Assembly: GCA_965205265.1 (NCBI GenBank) | Contig: CBDBGH010000003.1 | Coordinates: forward strand, 448,001 to 512,000 | Reading direction: 5' to 3' | DNA from: Alphaproteobacteria bacterium | Lineage (GTDB): Bacteria > Pseudomonadota > Alphaproteobacteria > Bin95 | DNA: 64,000 nt | Part shown: positions 52,513 to 61,826 of the stretch, one piece after another | Position numbering within the stretch: the first letter of the stretch is position 1 | How the letters are laid out: each line of letters opens with the position of its first letter | Translations under genes and position numbers: made by a program | Notes under the pieces: generated by a model | Databases searched by the model: none | Told to the model about the DNA's origin: nothing | What the model saw: only the letters and a program-made list of their open reading frames with translations

Positions 52513-53718
52513 ATGCAGCTCGAATTCACCGCCGGGGAACGCGCCTTCGCCGAGGAGGTGGACGCCTTCTTCCGGGCCAATCTGGAGCCGCGGCTCTCCG
52601 AGCAGGTCCGGCGCAACCCCTCCTATGTCTCCAAGGAGGATATGCGGCGCTGGCAGAAAGCGCTCTACGACCGGGGCTGGATCGCGCCCAACTGGCCGCA
52701 GGAGCATGGCGGCACCGGCTGGACGCCCACGCAGAAGTTCATCTTCGAGGAAGCGTACCAGCGCCATTACGCGCCGCGGCTCTCGCCCTTCGGCATCATG
52801 ATGGTGGGGCCGGTGATCTACACCTTCGGCAGCGCGGAGCAGAAGGCCCGGCACCTGCCGGCGATCCTGAAGAGCGACGTCTTCTGGTGCCAGGGATATT
52901 CGGAGCCCGGCTCCGGCTCCGATCTCGCCTCGCTCAGGACGCGGGCCGTGCGCGAAGGCGACGAGTATGTCGTCAACGGCTCCAAGATCTGGACCAGCGG
53001 CGCGCACAACGCCGACTGGATCTTCGCGCTGGTCCGCACCGACCCGGAGGCGGCGAAGCAGCAGCAGGGCATCTCCTTCCTGCTGATCGACATGGAAAGC
53101 CCCGGCATCGAGGTGCGGCCGATAATCTCCATGGACGGCGGGCACTATCTCAACCAGGTGTTCTTCACCGATGTGCGCGTGCCGGTGTCGAACCGGGTCG
53201 GCGAGGAGAACAAGGGCTGGACCTACGCCAAGTTCCTGCTCGGCAACGAGCGCGCGGGCGTTGCCGGCGTCTCCAAGTCGCGCATGAAGGTCGAGCGGCT
53301 GAAGGAGGTGGCCTCCGTCGAGACCGGGACGAACGGCGGCGCGCTCGCCGACGACCCCGGGTTCCGCGCCCGCCTCGGCGAGGTGGAGGCAAGGCTCGGC
53401 GCGCTGGAGATCGTCAATCTGCGCACGCTGGCGGCCGAGGAGAAGGGCGGCGGCGTCGGCCCGGAAGCCTCGATCCTCAAGATCTGCGGCACCGAGATCG
53501 AGCAGGCGCTCAACGAGATGCTGATCGAGGCCGTCGGCGTCGATGCCATTCCCTATTCGCTGGAGTGGACGCGTCTCGACACCAATGAGGAGCCGCCCAT
53601 CGAAGATCGCGCGGTCGGGCTGATGAGCGAGCATCTGCTGAAGCGTGCGGCCACGATCTACGGCGGGTCGAACGAGATCCAGCGCAATATCGTCGCCAAG
53701 CACGTGCTGGGGCTTTGA
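52513..53718 (+). CDS. Acyl-CoA dehydrogenase (PimC-like)
   Basis: WCQGYSEPGSGSDLASL, NGSKIWTS, IYGGSNEIQRNI. Confidence 0.93.
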   Translation: MQLEFTAGERAFAEEVDAFFRANLEPRLSEQVRRNPSYVSKEDMRRWQKALYDRGWIAPNWPQEHGGTGWTPTQKFIFEEAYQRHYAPRLSPFGIMMVGPVIYTFGSAEQKARHLPAILKSDVFWCQGYSEPGSGSDLASLRTRAVREGDEYVVNGSKIWTSGAHNADWIFALVRTDPEAAKQQQGISFLLIDMESPGIEVRPIISMDGGHYLNQVFFTDVRVPVSNRVGEENKGWTYAKFLLGNERAGVAGVSKSRMKVERLKEVASVETGTNGGALADDPGFRARLGEVEARLGALEIVNLRTLAAEEKGGGVGPEASILKICGTEIEQALNEMLIEAVGVDAIPYSLEWTRLDTNEEPPIEDRAVGLMSEHLLKRAATIYGGSNEIQRNIVAKHVLGL

Positions 53719-55994
53719 GCGCGGTGGCGGTCTTCCATCACGGCTCCCACTGGGGCGCCTTCCGCGCGGAGACGGCGGAGGGCCGCGTCACCGCCGCGCT
53801 GCCCTTCGCGAAGGACCCCGAGCCGTCTCCCATCGTCGCCTCGATTCCAGACGCGGTGCATCACGCCTCGCGCATCGAGGGACCGGTGGCGCGACGCGGC
53901 TGGCTGGACGGCGACGGCGGCGAAGGCCGGGGCCGCGACGCCTTCGTGCCGCTCGACTGGGACCGGGCGGTCGATCTCATCGCGGAGGAGGTCGCCCGCG
54001 TCGGCCGCGACCACGGCAATGCCTCGCTCTTCGGCGGCTCCTACGGCTGGGCGAGCGCCGGGCGCTTCCACCATGCCAAGAGCCAATTGCAGCGCTTCCT
54101 CGGCATGGCGGGCGGCTTCACCAACCAGCGGCACAATTACAGCTACGCGGCGGGTCTCGCCGTGCTGCCGCATATACTGGGCGGCGTCGAGGCGGCGGCG
54201 GGCCCGGTCACCGACTGGCCCTCCATCGTCGGGCATACCGGGCTGATGGTCTCCTTCGGCGGCCTGCCGTTGAAGAACGCGCAGGTCGATTCCGGCGGCA
54301 ATGGCGAACATGCGGCGGCGGGCTTCATCCGCGAGGCGGCCGGGCGCGGCGCGCGTTTCGTCGCCGTCTCGCCGCTCGGCGACGATCTGCCGCCCGATGT
54401 CGAAGGTGAGTGGATCCCGATTCGTCCCGGCACCGATACCGCCATGATGCTGGCGCTCGCCCAGGTGCTGCTGACGGAGGGGCTGGCCGACCGGGCATTC
54501 CTGGAGCGTTGCTGCACCGGCGCGGCCGCCTTCGAAGCCTCGCTGGAGGGCCGGACGCCGGAATGGGCGGAGGGCATTACCGGCGTGCCGGCGGCGCGCA
54601 TCCGAACGCTCGCCCGCGAGATGGCGTCGGCGCGCACCATGATCTCCACCGCCTGGGCGCTCCAGCGCGGCGACCATGGCGAGCAGCCCTTCTGGGCCAC
54701 CGTGGCGCTCGCGGCCTGCCTCGGCCAGATCGGCCTGCCGGGCGGCGGCTTCGGCTTCGGCTACGGGTGCGTCTCCGGCATCGGCGCGCCGCGCCACGGC
54801 ATTGCCGGGCCGACCTTCCCCATCGGGCCGAACCCGGTCGATGAGTTCATCCCCGTGTCGCGCATCGCGGACATGCTGCTCGATCCTGGCGGCGCCTACG
54901 ATTTCGACGGCGAGCGGCGGCGCTATCCGGACACGCGCCTCGTCTATTGGGCGGGCGGCAACCCGTTCCACCACCACCAGGACATCAACCGGCTCGTCCG
55001 CGCCTTCCGCCGCCCGGAGACGGTCATCGTCCACGACCCCTGGTGGACGGCGACCGCGCGCCATGCCGACATCGTCGTGCCGGCGACCACGACCCTGGAG
55101 CGCAACGACATCGCCGCCGGCCGGCGGGACCGGTTCTGGCTCGCCATGCACCGCGCCATCGGTCCCGTGGGCCGGGCGCGCAACGACCATGACGTGTTCG
55201 CCGACATCGCCGACCGGCTGGGATTCCGGGAGCGCTTCACCGAGGGGCTCGGCGAAATGGAGTGGCTGCGCCGCATCTATGACGAGGCCTGCGGGCGCGC
55301 GGCCGAACGCGGGCTCAACCTGCCGGACTTCGACGCCTTCTGGGCCGAGGGGCATGTGGAACTGCCGCGGCCGGAAAGCCCGCGCGTGCTGTTCGAGGGC
55401 TTCCGCAGGGGCGAGGAGCGGCTGGCGACGCCTTCGGGAAAGATCGAGCTCTATTCCGAGCGTGTGGCGGGCTTCGGCTATGAGGACTGCCCCGGCTATC
55501 CGGCCTGGCTGCCGCCGAAGGAATGGCTGGGCGCCGAGGCCGCAAGGCAATGGCCGCTGCACCTGATCTCGAACCAGCCGGCGACGCGCCTCCACGCGCA
55601 GCTCGACCAGGGCCGCGTCTCGCAGGCGAGCAAGGTGCAGGGCCGCGAGCCGATCCGGCTGAACCCGGCGGATGCGGCGGCGCGCGGCATTGCGGACGGC
55701 GATGTCGTGCGGGTGTTCAACGCGCGCGGTGCGCTGCTCGCAGGCGCGGTGCTGAGCGGGGATGTCCTGCCCGGCGTTGCGGCGCTGGCGACCGGGGCCT
55801 GGTACGACCCGGCCGACCCTTCCGAGCCCGGCAGCCTCGACAAACACGGCAACCCCAATGTGCTGACCGCCGACCGCGGCACCTCGAAACTCGGCCAGGG
55901 CCCGAGCGCGATGAGCGCGCTGGTCGAGGTGGAGCGTTTCGAGGGCGAGCCGCCCCCCGTCACCGCCTTCGACCCGCCCGCCACTACGGCATGA
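53715..55994 (+). CDS. Mo-bisPGD oxidoreductase, S/N-oxide reductase (BisC/TorZ/DorA) subfamily, no signal peptide
   Basis: SHWG, GSYGW, NYS Ser ligand, GQIGLPGGG, GGNPFHHHQD, RLHAQL, HGNPNVLT. Confidence 0.9.
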   Translation: MSAVAVFHHGSHWGAFRAETAEGRVTAALPFAKDPEPSPIVASIPDAVHHASRIEGPVARRGWLDGDGGEGRGRDAFVPLDWDRAVDLIAEEVARVGRDHGNASLFGGSYGWASAGRFHHAKSQLQRFLGMAGGFTNQRHNYSYAAGLAVLPHILGGVEAAAGPVTDWPSIVGHTGLMVSFGGLPLKNAQVDSGGNGEHAAAGFIREAAGRGARFVAVSPLGDDLPPDVEGEWIPIRPGTDTAMMLALAQVLLTEGLADRAFLERCCTGAAAFEASLEGRTPEWAEGITGVPAARIRTLAREMASARTMISTAWALQRGDHGEQPFWATVALAACLGQIGLPGGGFGFGYGCVSGIGAPRHGIAGPTFPIGPNPVDEFIPVSRIADMLLDPGGAYDFDGERRRYPDTRLVYWAGGNPFHHHQDINRLVRAFRRPETVIVHDPWWTATARHADIVVPATTTLERNDIAAGRRDRFWLAMHRAIGPVGRARNDHDVFADIADRLGFRERFTEGLGEMEWLRRIYDEACGRAAERGLNLPDFDAFWAEGHVELPRPESPRVLFEGFRRGEERLATPSGKIELYSERVAGFGYEDCPGYPAWLPPKEWLGAEAARQWPLHLISNQPATRLHAQLDQGRVSQASKVQGREPIRLNPADAAARGIADGDVVRVFNARGALLAGAVLSGDVLPGVAALATGAWYDPADPSEPGSLDKHGNPNVLTADRGTSKLGQGPSAMSALVEVERFEGEPPPVTAFDPPATTA

Positions 55995-57148
55995 CGGGGC
56001 CGCTTGCCGGTCTGCGTGTGCTGGAGATTGCCGGCGTCGGGCCGGGGCCGCATTGCGCCATGCTGCTGGCCGACATGGGCGCCGACGTGCTGCGCATCGA
56101 CCGGGTGCGGCCGCGCTACCGCGTCCATGCGCGCACCGACCTGCTGAACCGCGGCCGGCGCTCCGCCGCGCTCGACCTCAAGGACCCGCAGGCGGCCCGG
56201 GCGGTGCTGGCGCTTGCCGAACGCGCCGACGTGCTGCTGGAAGGCTTCCGGCCGGGCGTGATGGAGCGGCTCGGCCTCGGGCCGGAAATCCTGCTCGCGC
56301 GCAATCCCCGCCTCGTCTATGCGCGCCTCACCGGCTGGGGGCAGGCGGGGCCGCTTGCGGGCGCGGCCGGCCACGACATCAACTATCTGGCGCTGACCGG
56401 CGCGCTGCACGCCATCGGCCCGGCCGCCGGCCCGCCCGCGCCGCCGCTCAACCTCGCCGGCGATTTCGGCGGCGGCGCGCTCTACGCCGCTTTCGGCATA
56501 ATGGCGGCGCTGTTCGAGCGCGGAACCTCCGGAAAGGGGCAGGTCGTCGATGCCGCCATGGTCGATGGCGCGGCCTCGCTGATGACCTTCGTGCAGGGGC
56601 TCTTCGCCGCCGGCTGGTGGCGCGACGAGCGCGAGGCGAACCTGATCGACGGCGGCGCGCCCTTCTACCGCTGCTATGAGACGCGGGACGGCAAGTGGGT
56701 GGCGCTCGGCGCCATTGAGCCCGAATTCTACGACGCCTTCCTGAAGCTCACGGGCCTCGATGCGGAGGCGCTGCCGAAGCGCATGGACCGCGCCCGCTGG
56801 CCGGAACTGACCGAGCGCTTCCGGCGGTTGTTCCTGACGAAGACGCGCGAGGAATGGCGCGCGCTGCTGGAAGGCACCGATGCCTGCTTCGCCCCGGTGC
56901 TGACCCTGGAGGAAGCCCCGGCCCACCCGCATATGGCGGCAAGGGGCGCGCTCGCCGCAAGCCGCGGCATCCGCCAGTCCGGCCCCGCGCCCCGCTTCTC
57001 GCGCACGCCGGGCGCGCTCTCCCGCCCGCCGCCGGCCCCCGGCGAGGACACCCGCGCCGCGCTCGCCGACTGGGGGCTCGACGAGGCGGAAATCGACGCC
57101 CTGATTGCGTCCGGCGCGGCGTTGCAGGCGGAACCGCCGGAGGAATAG
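55991..57148 (+). CDS. CaiB/BaiF family CoA-transferase / alpha-methylacyl-CoA racemase-like protein
   Basis: GPGP, EGFRPGVMERLGLGP, AGHDINY, GDFGGG. Confidence 0.92.
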   Translation: MTGPLAGLRVLEIAGVGPGPHCAMLLADMGADVLRIDRVRPRYRVHARTDLLNRGRRSAALDLKDPQAARAVLALAERADVLLEGFRPGVMERLGLGPEILLARNPRLVYARLTGWGQAGPLAGAAGHDINYLALTGALHAIGPAAGPPAPPLNLAGDFGGGALYAAFGIMAALFERGTSGKGQVVDAAMVDGAASLMTFVQGLFAAGWWRDEREANLIDGGAPFYRCYETRDGKWVALGAIEPEFYDAFLKLTGLDAEALPKRMDRARWPELTERFRRLFLTKTREEWRALLEGTDACFAPVLTLEEAPAHPHMAARGALAASRGIRQSGPAPRFSRTPGALSRPPPAPGEDTRAALADWGLDEAEIDALIASGAALQAEPPEE

Positions 57149-57164
57149 TCCGGGCCTGACGCCT

Positions 57165-58448
57165 TCAGCCCAGCGCCTGCTCCAGGTCGGCGATGATGTC
57201 GGCGGCGGTTTCGAGCCCGACGGAGAGGCGCACCACCTCGTCGCCCGCGCCGGCGGCAGCCGCCTGTTCCTCGGAAAGCTGGCGGTGCGTCGTCGAGCGG
57301 GGGTGGATGATGAGCGAGCGCGTGTCGCCGATATTGGCGAGATGGCTCAACAGTTCGACGCCCTCGACGAGCCGCACGCCGGCCTCGTAGCCGCCCTTGA
57401 GGCCGAAGGTGAACACCGAGCCGCCCGAGCCCTTCAGATACTTGTCCGCGAGCGGCTTGTAGGGGTTGTCGTCCAGCCCCGCATAGGAGACCCAGGCAAC
57501 GGCCGGATGGCCGGAGAGGTAGCGGGCGACTTCCAGCCCGTTCTCGCTGTGCCGGGCCATGCGCAGCGGCAGCGTTTCTATGCCGGTGATGGCGAGGAAG
57601 GCGTTGAGCGGGGCCATGGTCGCGCCGAGATCGCGCAGGCCGACTGCATGGCAATGCACGGTGTAGCCGAGGTCGCCGAAGGTCTCCCAGAAGCGCAGGC
57701 CGTGATAGGCGCCCTCCGGCTCCGTCATGGACGGGAACTTGTCGTTCTGCCCCCAGTCGAACCGGCCGCTGTCCACCACCATGCCGCCCATCGCGTTGCC
57801 GTGGCCGGAGAGGAACTTGGTCATGGAATGCACGATGAGGTCCGCGCCCCACTCGAACGGCCGGCAGAGGAAGGGCGTGGCCATGGTGTTGTCCACCATG
57901 AGCGGGATTCCCGCCTCATGTGCGATGTCCGCCAGCGCCTCCAGGTCGCTGACGATGCCGCCCGGATTGGCGAGCGACTCGCAGAACAGCACCCGCGTTT
58001 CCGGCCTGATCGCCGCGCGCACCGCATCGAGATCGTCGAAATCGACCAGCGAGGCCTGCCAGCCGAACTTGGCGAAGGTGCGCGTGAACTGCGTGACGGA
58101 GCCGCCATAGAGCTTGTTCGACGAGAGCAGGTGCGAGCCCGGCTGCATCAGCGGGAAGAGCCCCAGCATCTGCGCGGCATGGCCCGACGCCGTCGCCGTG
58201 CCGCCCTTGCCGCCCTCGAGCGCCGCCACCCGCTCCTCCAGCACAGAGACGGTCGGGTTGGTCAGGCGCGAATAGATGAAGCCGTAGGTCTGGAGGTTGA
58301 AGAGCGAAGCGGCGTGATCGACATCGTCGAAGACATAGGAGGTCGTCTGGTAGATCGGCGTCGAGCGCGCGCCGGTGGCCGGGTCCGGCCCCGCGCCGGC
58401 GTGGATGGCGAGTGTTTCCAGGCCGAAAGCCGGTTCGTTGTCGGTCAT
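57165..58448 (-). CDS. metY: O-acetylhomoserine aminocarboxypropyltransferase (sulfhydrylase)
   Basis: PIYQTTSY, YSRLTNPT, DNT, HSMTKF, HLANIGD. Confidence 0.92.
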   Translation of the reverse strand: MTDNEPAFGLETLAIHAGAGPDPATGARSTPIYQTTSYVFDDVDHAASLFNLQTYGFIYSRLTNPTVSVLEERVAALEGGKGGTATASGHAAQMLGLFPLMQPGSHLLSSNKLYGGSVTQFTRTFAKFGWQASLVDFDDLDAVRAAIRPETRVLFCESLANPGGIVSDLEALADIAHEAGIPLMVDNTMATPFLCRPFEWGADLIVHSMTKFLSGHGNAMGGMVVDSGRFDWGQNDKFPSMTEPEGAYHGLRFWETFGDLGYTVHCHAVGLRDLGATMAPLNAFLAITGIETLPLRMARHSENGLEVARYLSGHPAVAWVSYAGLDDNPYKPLADKYLKGSGGSVFTFGLKGGYEAGVRLVEGVELLSHLANIGDTRSLIIHPRSTTHRQLSEEQAAAAGAGDEVVRLSVGLETAADIIADLEQALG

Positions 58449-58449
58449 G

Positions 58450-58932
58450 TCAGACGATCCGGCGGCGCTTCGAGGAGATGCGCCGCGAGTTGAAGCCGTT
58501 CCAGGAAAGCTCGCCGAACAGGCGCGCATATTCGATCTTCGGGCAGCGGTTCATCACCACGGTGAGGCCCGCCGCCTCGGCGCGCTCGGCGGCTGCGTCG
58601 TTGCGCACGGTCAGCTGCATCCAGACCACTTTCGCCCCGATCTCGACCGCCTGGTCGGCAAGCGGGCCGGCGGCCTCGGAATTGCGGAAGATATCGACCA
58701 TATCCACCGGCTCCGGCAGCTCGCCGAGGTCGGCGTAGCAGGTCTCGCCCAGTATGGTCTCGCCGGCAGCGACCGGATTGACGGGATGCACGCGGAAGCC
58801 CTTCGCCTGGAGATATTTCATCACGAAGTAGCTCGGCCGGTTCCAGTAGGGGCTGGCGCCCGCCATCGCGATGGTCCGCACACTCTCCAGCACGCCCTTG
58901 AGATGGGCGTCGGTGTAGCTGTCATGGTTCAT
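58450..58932 (-). CDS. CoA-binding protein (YccU-like)
   Basis: GAS..RPS, VDIFRNS, WMQL, MNRCPKIE. Confidence 0.92.
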   Translation of the reverse strand: MNHDSYTDAHLKGVLESVRTIAMAGASPYWNRPSYFVMKYLQAKGFRVHPVNPVAAGETILGETCYADLGELPEPVDMVDIFRNSEAAGPLADQAVEIGAKVVWMQLTVRNDAAAERAEAAGLTVVMNRCPKIEYARLFGELSWNGFNSRRISSKRRRIV

Positions 58933-59033
58933 GGCGGCCGTCGGTTACACCACCGGCGCCCGGCCGGCAATCCCGTTGCCTTCGTGCCCCGAAGCCGCGT
59001 GACCCCGACCCCGAAACTTGCTAGGTTCCACAC

Positions 59034-59303
59034 ATGAGCCCCGAACTGATCGCCATCCTCGCCGTCGGCGTTGCGTTAGCCGGACTGGTCCTTAATGGAC
59101 AGAGGGGCGTCAACGCCCGTCTGGACGGCATCGACAAGCGTATTGACGGCATCGACAAACGCATGGACGGCATCGACGAACGCCTGCGCGCCGTCGAGAC
59201 CGCCCTTGCCGAGGTCAAGGGCCAGCTCACCATCGTGCGCGACTATATTTCGGGCCGGAACGCGCGAGGCCAGGGGCCCACCGAAGCTGGCGCCGGCGAC
59301 TGA
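59034..59303 (+). CDS. Small N-terminally anchored coiled-coil protein with three 21-bp tandem heptads
   Basis: MSPELIAILAVGVALAGLVL then (L/I/M)DGID(K/E)R x3 encoded by GACGGCATCGAC-N9 repeats at 59124-59186. Confidence 0.75.
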   Translation: MSPELIAILAVGVALAGLVLNGQRGVNARLDGIDKRIDGIDKRMDGIDERLRAVETALAEVKGQLTIVRDYISGRNARGQGPTEAGAGD

Positions 59304-59379
59304 GCTTTGTGCCCCCCGGTCATCCCGCTCTTGCTTGTTGTTCGCTGACGGTTGCGCTTGGTTGGAAGGCGGTTTGACC

Positions 59380-59450
59380 GCTGGATTGCAGGATGAGCCC
59401 GCATGGGCGTGCGATCCCGGAGGCGGAGGCGAAAAGCGCCACACCGCAGG
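59380..59450 (-). pseudogene. Decayed duplicate of the 3' end of the ABC-2 permease gene
   Basis: 55/71 ungapped identity to 61003-61073; reads GVALFASASGIARPCGLILQS versus GVALFAYAFNIARRRGLILQS. Confidence 0.8.
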
Positions 59451-59492
59451 TCCGGACGCAATGCAGGCCGCGCCGTCTGCGTGACATGCGGG

Positions 59493-60953
59493 TTAGCCGA
59501 GCAGCGCCAGCGCCTCTTGAGCGACGGGGCTCGGCGCTGCTGCCGGACCAGTGAAATACGCCATTGAGGCGGCCAGAAACCGGTTCCGCCACGCGGAGGG
59601 CGGCATGGCCCGGCAGTTCTCCAGTGCGGCCTCGGTGAACTTGAACTCGTGGGCCCCTCGGCCGTTAAGAGCCAGTTGCCGGCGCGCGCCCGCGCCCAGC
59701 CTGTCGGCCGGGCCGCCCCGTTGCAGGTAGCCCAAGGCCTTGCGGGCTCCCGAGGCGCGATCCCGCGGCAGTTCGGAGAATGCCGCGCGCAACGCGTCCG
59801 CGCCGTCGCCGGGGACCGCGAGAGGCTCCAGCCCGTCGATGCGCAGGTCGCGCCGCGTCGCGCCGACGCCGCGCCGGAAGGCCAGTATGAAGGCCGCCGA
59901 CTGCAGGAGGGCCAGGAGCTGCGTCTCCCCGGTTCGCGCATGGCGGAATACATGGTGGAACGCGTTGGCGGATGTCTGGGCGTGCACCGGGACCACCGCC
60001 GGCCGCGTCAGCACCAGCTCCGCGGCGGCGGCGAAGAGCGCCTCCCATATCGAGCTGGCGGACACGCCGCCTTTCAGGAGATCGACCGCCGCCCGGCCTG
60101 CGTCGAGCTCCGAAACCTCGCGGAGCGTGCGGACGAACTCATTGCGCGCAGAGTCGTCCCGACGGCCTTGTTTCCAGGTCTTCGGAACCTCTCCCAGCAT
60201 CGCCTGGAACGCCCGCCAGGTCCGGTCGGGAGGCAGGTCGCCGGTGGCGGGATTCGGGCCGTAGCCGTGATTCTGGAGTGCGGCAGCCAGAGAGCGAAGC
60301 AGGGGAGCGGCGTATTCGGGCCCGACAAGCGGCAGGAGGCGATGCGTGTTCTGCACCGCGATGGCCTTGTGGCCGATCGCGCGAAGATCCCGGATGCCGT
60401 ATCGAAAAAGGACCTCGAAGAGTTGCTCCGGCGTGGCCAGCCGGGCGAAATCGAGGACAGCGGGATCGACGGCCTCGACGTCCCAGCGGTCCAGCGCATC
60501 GACCAGGCGTTCGCGGGCCGCCTCCGCCGTCCCGACCGCAGGGGCCGGCCGCGGACCCATCGTCCAGCCGCTCCGGCGGCGCTCCGCCTCCTGGGCGCGC
60601 TTGAAATAGTCGAGCGCCCAGAACACCGGCAGCCAGCGTTCCCTGCCGGGCAGGTTGCGCGCCGTCAGGTGGACGGATTGCAGCGCAAGCACCGTGTGGT
60701 ATTTGAACCCGACATGGGGGAAGGGCCGGACCCGGCGCGAAGCCGCGACGGCCAGGGCGGCGAGCGTCCTGCGGCGGTCGAGACCGCCCCGGACCAGGCC
60801 CGCAAGCTCGGCGGCGACGCGTTCGCGGGGCGTTTCTTCCAGGAGGCGGTGCAGCGCGCCGGTCCCGGGAAGCGTCCCGGCCAGGGCCAGCCCGCCGCCC
60901 AGGCTGAATGCGGTTGCGCTACCGGCGGTGCGTAGGAATTTTCGACGGTCCAC
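59493..60953 (-). CDS. Tat-signal alpha-helical protein of unknown function with repeated His motifs
   Basis: MDRRKFLRTAG twin-arginine signal; FKYHTV, IGHKAI, PVHAQT, AHEFKF. Confidence 0.75.
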   Translation of the reverse strand: MDRRKFLRTAGSATAFSLGGGLALAGTLPGTGALHRLLEETPRERVAAELAGLVRGGLDRRRTLAALAVAASRRVRPFPHVGFKYHTVLALQSVHLTARNLPGRERWLPVFWALDYFKRAQEAERRRSGWTMGPRPAPAVGTAEAARERLVDALDRWDVEAVDPAVLDFARLATPEQLFEVLFRYGIRDLRAIGHKAIAVQNTHRLLPLVGPEYAAPLLRSLAAALQNHGYGPNPATGDLPPDRTWRAFQAMLGEVPKTWKQGRRDDSARNEFVRTLREVSELDAGRAAVDLLKGGVSASSIWEALFAAAAELVLTRPAVVPVHAQTSANAFHHVFRHARTGETQLLALLQSAAFILAFRRGVGATRRDLRIDGLEPLAVPGDGADALRAAFSELPRDRASGARKALGYLQRGGPADRLGAGARRQLALNGRGAHEFKFTEAALENCRAMPPSAWRNRFLAASMAYFTGPAAAPSPVAQEALALLG

Positions 60954-60996
60954 GCCGTCCTATATATGCCCCGTTCGCCGACCGGCAATCGCCTCC

Positions 60997-61788
60997 CTAC
61001 TCGCCGGATTGCAGGATGAGGCCGCGGCGGCGCGCGATGTTGAAGGCGTAGGCGAAGAGGGCTACGCCGCCGGCGATATAGGCGACGTTCAGCCCGATGG
61101 CCCACAGGAACAGGTCCGTGCGGAAGACGCCCTCGATCATCACCGCGCGCATGCCCTCGAAGACATGCGCCGACGGCAGGGCAAGCGCGACCGCCTGCGC
61201 CGCCTCGGGCAGCACATCGACCGGGTAATAGACCGCGCTCAGCGGCGCCAGGATGAAGATCGAGGCCCAGGCGAAGCTCTCGGCCGCGAGCCCGTAGCGG
61301 ATGAGCAGCGCGCAGACCGCAAGCCCGATGGCCCAGCCGAACGCCATGAGGTTCGCGAAGAAGGCGATCAGCGGCAGGCCCAGCGAATAGATCGAGTATT
61401 CGTGGAGCAGCCAGGCAACGAGCGTCGCCGGCATCAGGCCGAGCGAGGTGCGGATCAGGCTCCCCAGCATCATCGCTGCCATGAGCTCGCCGGGCCTGAG
61501 CGGGCTTGCGAACAACTGGCCCAGATTGCGCGCCCACATCTCCTCCAGGAAGGAGATGCTGAGCCCGAGCTGGCCGCGGAACAGCACATCCCAGAGCAGC
61601 ACGCCCGCCAGCAGCGCGCCGGCCGCATTCACCAGCCAGCTGCTGTGCTCCAGGAAGAACTTGGTGATGAACCCCCAGAGCGCGACCTGGACGATAGGCC
61701 AGTAGGCGAGCTCGACGATGCGCGGCACCGAGCCCCTGAAGAGGTAATAGTAGCGCCCGAGCATGGCCAGGATGCGCCCGAGGCTCAT
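60997..61788 (-). CDS. ABC-2 type transporter permease
   Basis: Multi-TM; FLEEMWARNL, SPLRP.E, VYYPV, HVFEGMR. Confidence 0.9.
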   Translation of the reverse strand: MSLGRILAMLGRYYYLFRGSVPRIVELAYWPIVQVALWGFITKFFLEHSSWLVNAAGALLAGVLLWDVLFRGQLGLSISFLEEMWARNLGQLFASPLRPGELMAAMMLGSLIRTSLGLMPATLVAWLLHEYSIYSLGLPLIAFFANLMAFGWAIGLAVCALLIRYGLAAESFAWASIFILAPLSAVYYPVDVLPEAAQAVALALPSAHVFEGMRAVMIEGVFRTDLFLWAIGLNVAYIAGGVALFAYAFNIARRRGLILQSGE

Positions 61789-61826
61789 GCCGGCCCGCGA
61801 GCCCCCGGCCGGCCATGGCGGCCGCA

